DNA of 64,000 bases from a phage. The first letter of the stretch is position 1. Each line of letters opens with the position of its first letter. Where the stretch lies: assembly GCA_036439915.1 (NCBI GenBank), contig GCA_036439915.1_3065.1. One strand, written 5' to 3'. Shown in pieces: positions 60,137-64,000 of the stretch. The notes below the pieces were generated by a model. The model was not told the origin of the DNA. It searched no databases and saw nothing but the letters and a program-made list of their open reading frames with translations. Made by a program: the position numbers and the translations under genes.

Positions 60137-60670
60137 TTATATCATGCTACTTAAGAGATGTAAACTATTTTTAATTTTACAAATTCGTTCAGCTTCTTCA
60201 ACAGCGGCAGTGATAATGCTTTTAGCTATAGGAGTACTAATACTAGTAGCTTTTACACTTAACACGATTTCTTTATCTTTACCAGGCCAACCCCACGATT
60301 TTTCACCATGGGTGCCTTTAATTACAGCAGACACCTCAAGTGAGCATCCATTATCGCATGTTTTTACATTAACAACCCAAGTGTCACTTTTCTCAACCGG
60401 TTTATCCCAGTAAATATTAAGAATACGTGGAACATCAAATTTAGCAGGGCAAATCTTAACCGTAAGACCTTCGCTTTCTAGCCAATTAATAAGAGGGCGT
60501 TCATACATGCGGCGATGTGGGCTTTGAACTCGACAAGCTTTGTACCCATTGCTTGCGGCTTCACTAAGCTCTTCTAATACCTGCTTTTGCATTATTGATA
60601 AGATACCATCAAAAGATTTTTCGGAAGTTTCATTCAGTTCGGTATAAAGAGACATAACAGTTTTCCTCAA
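60137..60670 (-). CDS. hypothetical protein (e.7 position)
   Basis: 177-aa ORF. Confidence 0.5.
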   Translation of the reverse strand: MRKTVMSLYTELNETSEKSFDGILSIMQKQVLEELSEAASNGYKACRVQSPHRRMYERPLINWLESEGLTVKICPAKFDVPRILNIYWDKPVEKSDTWVVNVKTCDNGCSLEVSAVIKGTHGEKSWGWPGKDKEIVLSVKATSISTPIAKSIITAAVEEAERICKIKNSLHLLSSMI

Positions 60671-60711
60671 ATTATAGGCTCATAATATCTCAATCATGAG
60701 CCTATGTAAAC

Positions 60712-60975
60712 TTATTTCATATTATTGAAATATTCTTCTGCGATTTCGTCGTTATCATGGTAAACTTTAGAAGACAGTTTAACATAACCTTCAGCAGTGA
60801 ACATGTTAATCACAACCTTTACAGTATACCACTGACCATCTTCATTACCCATTACTGCATAGGTTTCAAACATCGGATGATCAGGACCGATAACTTTAAT
60901 ATCATTCACCGTACGACCGAAATCTTCTGAAACACATTTCATAAAGAAGTTGAACAGTTCACCGTAATTATCCAT
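60712..60975 (-). CDS. hypothetical protein (e.8 position)
   Basis: 87 aa from Met after promoter leader (ORF-track extension is leader read-through). Confidence 0.5.
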   Translation of the reverse strand: MDNYGELFNFFMKCVSEDFGRTVNDIKVIGPDHPMFETYAVMGNEDGQWYTVKVVINMFTAEGYVKLSSKVYHDNDEIAEEYFNNMK

Positions 60976-61018
60976 TTCATTCTCCAAGTTGTTTTCTGTA
61001 TCAGTAGTTGATAGTTGT

Positions 61019-61048
61019 ATAGTACCATGGAAGGACAAGGATGTAAAC
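61019..61048 (-). promoter_or_regulatory. sigma70-type early promoter with conserved leader
   Basis: GTTTAC, 18 bp, TGGTACTAT. Confidence 0.6.
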
Positions 61049-61182
61049 AGTTTTGTGAAAAAATTTTTAAAAAGTTTTGGGGAATTCTAGGGCAGGGAGG
61101 GGAAATCAAAGGATAGGATAATATATTATAAAGGGTAGAAACTAAATGATGTCTAGAGAGGCCTGGAAAGGCCTAGATACCA

Positions 61183-61212
61183 AAAAGCCCCAACCTTTCG
61201 GCTAGGGCTAAG
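61183..61212 (-). terminator. intrinsic terminator after internal-protein-like gene
   Basis: GCCCTAGCC-GAAAGG-TTGGGGC hairpin plus TTTTTGG; near-duplicate of the hairpin at 61741. Confidence 0.55.
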
Positions 61213-61216
61213 AATG

Positions 61217-61690
61217 TTATTTGATTTGTTTAGCAGACCAAATGCGGTCTTTAATAATTTTTTGGATGTCTTCAACATACTCAAGAGAGTGAGCATGTGG
61301 GTTATCTTTGAAACTATAAGCACGAGCTAGTTTTTGGCCTTCAGTTTTGATTACTAAAAGCTCTTTAAGGATAGCTTCATATTTGGAGATAATTCCTTTA
61401 ACAATATTTTTCTCTTGTGCGACTTTAGGATCTGCTTTAGGAGCAGGTTTACCCGAAGCCTTTGCAAAAGCAGCGCCAGTAGCAACTAAACTTTTCCAGG
61501 CCATACTAACTGCATTTCCCGTAAATCCTTCCGCTTTCATGTCGCGTGCGAACTGAAATCGCGATTCATCAGAAGCATCTTTGTAAGAATATTTACCCGC
61601 TGCAATGGCTGCTTTTGCGACAGCTTGAATTTCGGTGCTAGATGCTTCATTTAACACCGCTTCATTTAAAAATTGAGTATATGATTTCAT
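61217..61690 (-). CDS. internal-protein-like protein with capsid targeting sequence
   Basis: 157 aa starting MKSYTQFLNEA; late promoter box upstream; flanked by two similar terminators. Confidence 0.6.
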   Translation of the reverse strand: MKSYTQFLNEAVLNEASSTEIQAVAKAAIAAGKYSYKDASDESRFQFARDMKAEGFTGNAVSMAWKSLVATGAAFAKASGKPAPKADPKVAQEKNIVKGIISKYEAILKELLVIKTEGQKLARAYSFKDNPHAHSLEYVEDIQKIIKDRIWSAKQIK

Positions 61691-61730
61691 CTTATTTCCT
61701 GTTTTAATTCGTGGATTTAATATACTACTA

Positions 61731-61738
61731 TATTTATA
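61731..61738 (-). promoter_or_regulatory. late promoter box TATAAATA
   Basis: exact TATAAATA on minus strand about 40 nt upstream of the 61690 start codon. Confidence 0.55.
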
Positions 61739-61740
61739 CC

Positions 61741-61772
61741 AAAAAGCCCCAACCTTTCGGTCGGGGCTAAGC
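61741..61772 (-). terminator. intrinsic terminator closing the tRNA-region transcript
   Basis: GCCCCGACC-GAAAGG-TTGGGGC hairpin plus CTTTTTGG. Confidence 0.6.
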
Positions 61773-61774
61773 CT

Positions 61775-62075
61775 TGCGGCAACCTTGTCGGGGTTCCACC
61801 TGCTAAGGCAAGTGTTTGTACGAAACGCCGGGATTCGAACCCGGTTATTAAGCAGTTGACGCTACTCAATATTTTTAAAAGGCCATATCTCGACCATATC
61901 CGAACGTTCCGTCAAAAACGCTACTCGGCTTACGGCAAAGATATTTCCTCGAATCGATAATTCTGTGCGCCGTTTCAGCTGTGATAGTAAAGAGCCAGAA
62001 CACAGTAAAACTGTGGGAGGAAACTATACTCCAGGGAACATCAGTCCGACGACTTACCGGTAGCGACCCGGTTTC
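61775..62075 (-). other. GC-enriched structured non-coding region with tRNA-like T-arm; possible small stable RNA or tRNA remnant
   Basis: no long ORF; CCGGGTTCGAATCCCGG T-arm-like element and several hairpins; no complete cloverleaf found. Confidence 0.3.
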
Positions 62076-62426
62076 TTAGTATTCTTTTAAAGAATCAATA
62101 TATTCACGGCGTTTACGCCACAAATCAATTGCTTCATACGCGGATTCAGCATTTCGAATTAGCCGGCATTTATGTAAAGACTTATGATTTTGATATTGTG
62201 TAGATAACGGAATTTTATCTAAAAGGTCTTTACGATCAAAATATTCGTAACCATCTAAACCAAATGAACGATTTTTGAGAAATTGCCAATGACCATATTC
62301 GTTTTCGACATAAACATAATCTGCATGCTGATAAAGCAAATTAATTACACGTTCAGAAATAACAGTATCATTATGATTAAAATAGAATGTTAAATCATGA
62401 ACTACTAAATAAACATTACCTTTCAT
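62076..62426 (-). CDS. hypothetical protein in tRNA region
   Basis: 116-aa ORF starting 19 nt after tRNA-Arg. Confidence 0.45.
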   Translation of the reverse strand: MKGNVYLVVHDLTFYFNHNDTVISERVINLLYQHADYVYVENEYGHWQFLKNRSFGLDGYEYFDRKDLLDKIPLSTQYQNHKSLHKCRLIRNAESAYEAIDLWRKRREYIDSLKEY

Positions 62427-62444
62427 GTTTTCCTCACTTATAAT

Positions 62445-62520
62445 TGGTCGAGGCAGTAGGGATCGAACCTACGACCTAGGACTTAGAAGGTCCTTGCTCT
62501 TCCTTCTGAGCTATGCCCCG
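62445..62520 (-). tRNA. tRNA-Arg (UCU)
   Basis: cloverleaf folded by hand; anticodon loop CUUCUAA; T-loop GGTTCGATCC; CCA encoded. Confidence 0.8.
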
Positions 62521-62524
62521 TAAT

Positions 62525-62600
62525 TGGGGTGACCGATGGGAGTCGAACCCATGACTACGAGAATCACAATCTCGAGTTCTACCAACTGAACTACGGCCAC
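62525..62600 (-). tRNA. tRNA-His (GUG) candidate
   Basis: cloverleaf with anticodon loop TTGTGAT, discriminator C, CCA encoded; no encoded G-1. Confidence 0.6.
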
Positions 62601-62715
62601 ATTAATACCTACTCCAACAATCAAGATGTCTTCACACGAAATTAAGAGAAGAGTGATCAGTTCAACCCCTATAATCGCGTCAAGTAGATATTAATGTGAC
62701 AGTTGTCACAAATTT

Positions 62716-62789
62716 GGCGGACGTGATAGGATTCGAACCTATAACCAATCGCTTAACAGGCGATCGCTCTGCCATTGAGCTACACATCC
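62716..62789 (-). tRNA. tRNA-Asn (GUU) candidate
   Basis: cloverleaf; anticodon stem ATCGC/GCGAT, loop CTGTTAA; T-loop TTCGAAT. Confidence 0.65.
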
Positions 62790-62793
62790 AAAT

Positions 62794-62880
62794 TGGTGGG
62801 GAGTGATGGAGTCGAACCACCCGAGTCGTAATGACAATGAATTTACAGTCCACACCGCTACCTCTACGGGATAACTCCCC
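62794..62880 (-). tRNA. tRNA-Tyr (GUA) candidate, type II with long variable arm
   Basis: 87 nt; acceptor GGGGAGT/ACTCCCC; loop CTGTAAA; variable stem GTC/GAC; D-arm imperfect. Confidence 0.5.
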
Positions 62881-62892
62881 TAATTCATAATT

Positions 62893-62967
62893 TGGTGGCC
62901 CTGGGTGGAATTGAACCACCATCTGGCGATTATGAGTCGCTTGCTTGAACCTTCCAGCTACAGGGCC
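62893..62967 (-). tRNA. tRNA-Ile/Met (CAU)
   Basis: acceptor GGCCCTG/CAGGGCC; anticodon loop CTCATAA. Confidence 0.7.
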
Positions 62968-62968
62968 T

Positions 62969-63044
62969 TGGTGCTGATTGACGGAATCGAACCGCCGACC
63001 TTCTCATTACAAGTGAGTTGCTCTACCTACTGAGCTAAATCAGC
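62969..63044 (-). tRNA. tRNA-Thr (UGU)
   Basis: canonical cloverleaf; anticodon loop CTTGTAA; T-loop TTCGATT. Confidence 0.8.
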
Positions 63045-63049
63045 AAAAC

Positions 63050-63139
63050 TGGCGGAGGTGATAGGATTCGAACCTATGAATCGCCGGAGCGACTGCCGGT
63101 TTTCAAGACCGGTGCATTCAACCACTCTGCCACACCTCC
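63050..63139 (-). tRNA. tRNA-Ser (UGA), type II
   Basis: 90 nt; anticodon stem CCGGT/ACCGG, loop CTTGAAA; long variable arm. Confidence 0.8.
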
Positions 63140-63141
63140 AG

Positions 63142-63215
63142 TCTCCATACAAGGATTTGAACCTTGGACCTCCTGATCCCAAATCAGGCGCTCTACCAAA
63201 CTGAGCTACACGGAG
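63142..63215 (-). tRNA. tRNA-Pro (UGG), CCA not encoded
   Basis: anticodon stem CCTGA/TCAGG, loop TTTGGGA; abuts tRNA-Ser as in the T4 Pro-Ser dimer. Confidence 0.75.
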
Positions 63216-63225
63216 TAAATTAAAT

Positions 63226-63299
<74 letters not shown>

Positions 63300-63304
63300 A
63301 AATT

Positions 63305-63391
63305 TGGTGCGAGAAGTGGGACTCGAACCCGCAAGGAAATCATTCCGCAGCATTTTAAGTGCTGTGCCTTTACCAATTTGACCATTCTCGC
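63305..63391 (-). tRNA. tRNA-Leu (UAA), type II
   Basis: 87 nt; anticodon stem CAGCA/TGCTG, loop CTTAAAA; long variable arm. Confidence 0.8.
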
Positions 63392-63392
63392 G

Positions 63393-63465
63393 CTGGGAAT
63401 AAAGGACTCGAACCTTTGCATCCTGGAATCAAAATCCAGTGCCTTACCAACTTGGCTAATTCCCA
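63393..63465 (-). tRNA. tRNA-Gln (UUG), CCA not encoded
   Basis: acceptor TGGGAAT/ATTCCCA; anticodon loop TTTTGAT; abuts tRNA-Leu as in the T4 Gln-Leu dimer. Confidence 0.75.
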
Positions 63466-63562
63466 ATTATTAACAAAGGCTCTCAAGCAAGAGCCCTTGA
63501 TGATAGAGGGTATTAATCAGTGCGGTATGAGTTAATAATAACAAATAATTCTTAAAGCATAT

Positions 63563-63850
63563 TTACCATTTATGATAATACATATTTACGATGCACTCAA
63601 GACCCAAAGGATTCTTGAAAATATCATATTCAAGAGGACCTTTTTCTGTTTCAATAAAGAAATCAAAATTTACTGTATTAAATTTATGGTCTTCCTTCAC
63701 TAATTTAACTTGAGAAGATGAACGGTCAATGTAAACTTTTTCAACTTCAAAACATGTTAAAATACCATAATCATCAATCAAGGCTTTAGCTGCTTCTTGA
63801 TCATATTTATATCCATTTTCAATGGATGATACTTTTGCATAAAGAATCAT
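63563..63850 (-). CDS. hypothetical protein (ipI position, no CTS)
   Basis: 95-aa ORF; lacks the MKTYQEFI capsid targeting sequence. Confidence 0.45.
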   Translation of the reverse strand: MILYAKVSSIENGYKYDQEAAKALIDDYGILTCFEVEKVYIDRSSSQVKLVKEDHKFNTVNFDFFIETEKGPLEYDIFKNPLGLECIVNMYYHKW

Positions 63851-63853
63851 TAT

Positions 63854-64000
63854 TTACCCTTCATCAACAATAGTATGAGTGTGGGCATTTACAATTTGCC
63901 ACCAATCAAAGCGATTAGAACCATACATTGGTTTGTTCTCATTTTCTTTGATAATGTCACGGAGTTCATCTTCGGTAGCGGCTTTCGCGATTAAATCAGC
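63854..64000 (-). CDS. partial CDS (C-terminal 48 codons; gene continues beyond window end)
   Basis: open frame reaching the window edge; ends ...NAHTHTIVDEG with H-x-T-x-like motif; sits at the T4 57B position. Confidence 0.4.
   Translation of the reverse strand, partial: ADLIAKAATEDELRDIIKENENKPMYGSNRFDWWQIVNAHTHTIVDEG

Noticed and set aside
61075-61180. Purine-rich tract with clustered EcoRI (GAATTC), XbaI (TCTAGA) and two StuI (AGGCCT) sites that looked like an engineered polylinker
   Set aside because: The same GAATTC-containing A/T-rich element sits upstream of another early promoter (about 18420), and AGGCCTTTCCAGGCCT is an ordinary hairpin; it fits a natural promoter-upstream/terminator region.
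61775-62075. tmRNA-like interpretation of the structured region (tag-like GCT TAA TAA next to a T-arm)
   Set aside because: The putative tag end abuts the T-arm with no pseudoknot region or resume codon context, and the region is too short; kept only as an unclassified structured RNA candidate.

Overview
This window is a T-even (T4-like) myovirus genome segment, almost entirely transcribed on the minus strand and collinear with phage T4: motB-region/dexA/dda/srd/modA/modB/soc/56/61/dmd/41/40/uvsX/glycosyltransferase/42/imm/43/regA/62/44/45/rpbA/46/47/a-gt/55/nrdH/nrdG/nrdD (split by a group I intron carrying a GIY-YIG homing endonuclease)/49/nrdC/eleven nrdC.x-like ORFs/rI/tk/regB/denV/e/nudE/e.2-e.8-like ORFs/tRNA cluster. 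All assignments rest on reading the translated ORFs, motifs, lengths and gene order against remembered T4 biology; no database search was run, and RNA and regulatory coordinates are hand-counted and may be off by 1-2 nt. Recurring signals are a family of about 13 near-identical sigma70-type early promoters (GTTTAC, 18 bp, TGGTAnnnT) with a conserved leader, and GGGCC-GAAG-GGCCC-type intrinsic terminators. Differences from T4 as I remember it are the most interesting parts: no dam gene between 56 and 61 (a convergent plus-strand small membrane ORF sits there instead), a 282-aa glycosyltransferase where T4 has beta-gt, no internal-protein genes between denV and e but two CTS-bearing internal-protein-like genes elsewhere, an 11-member tRNA cluster (T4 set plus candidate Tyr, Asn, His), and a structured tRNA-like region. 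The strongest candidates for uncharacterised function are an early operon in the nrdC-rI accessory region encoding a Pol-beta/cGAS-OAS-type nucleotidyltransferase translationally coupled to a multi-pass membrane protein, with a neighbouring P-loop ATPase, and four consecutive large ORFs with coiled-coil C-terminal tails.
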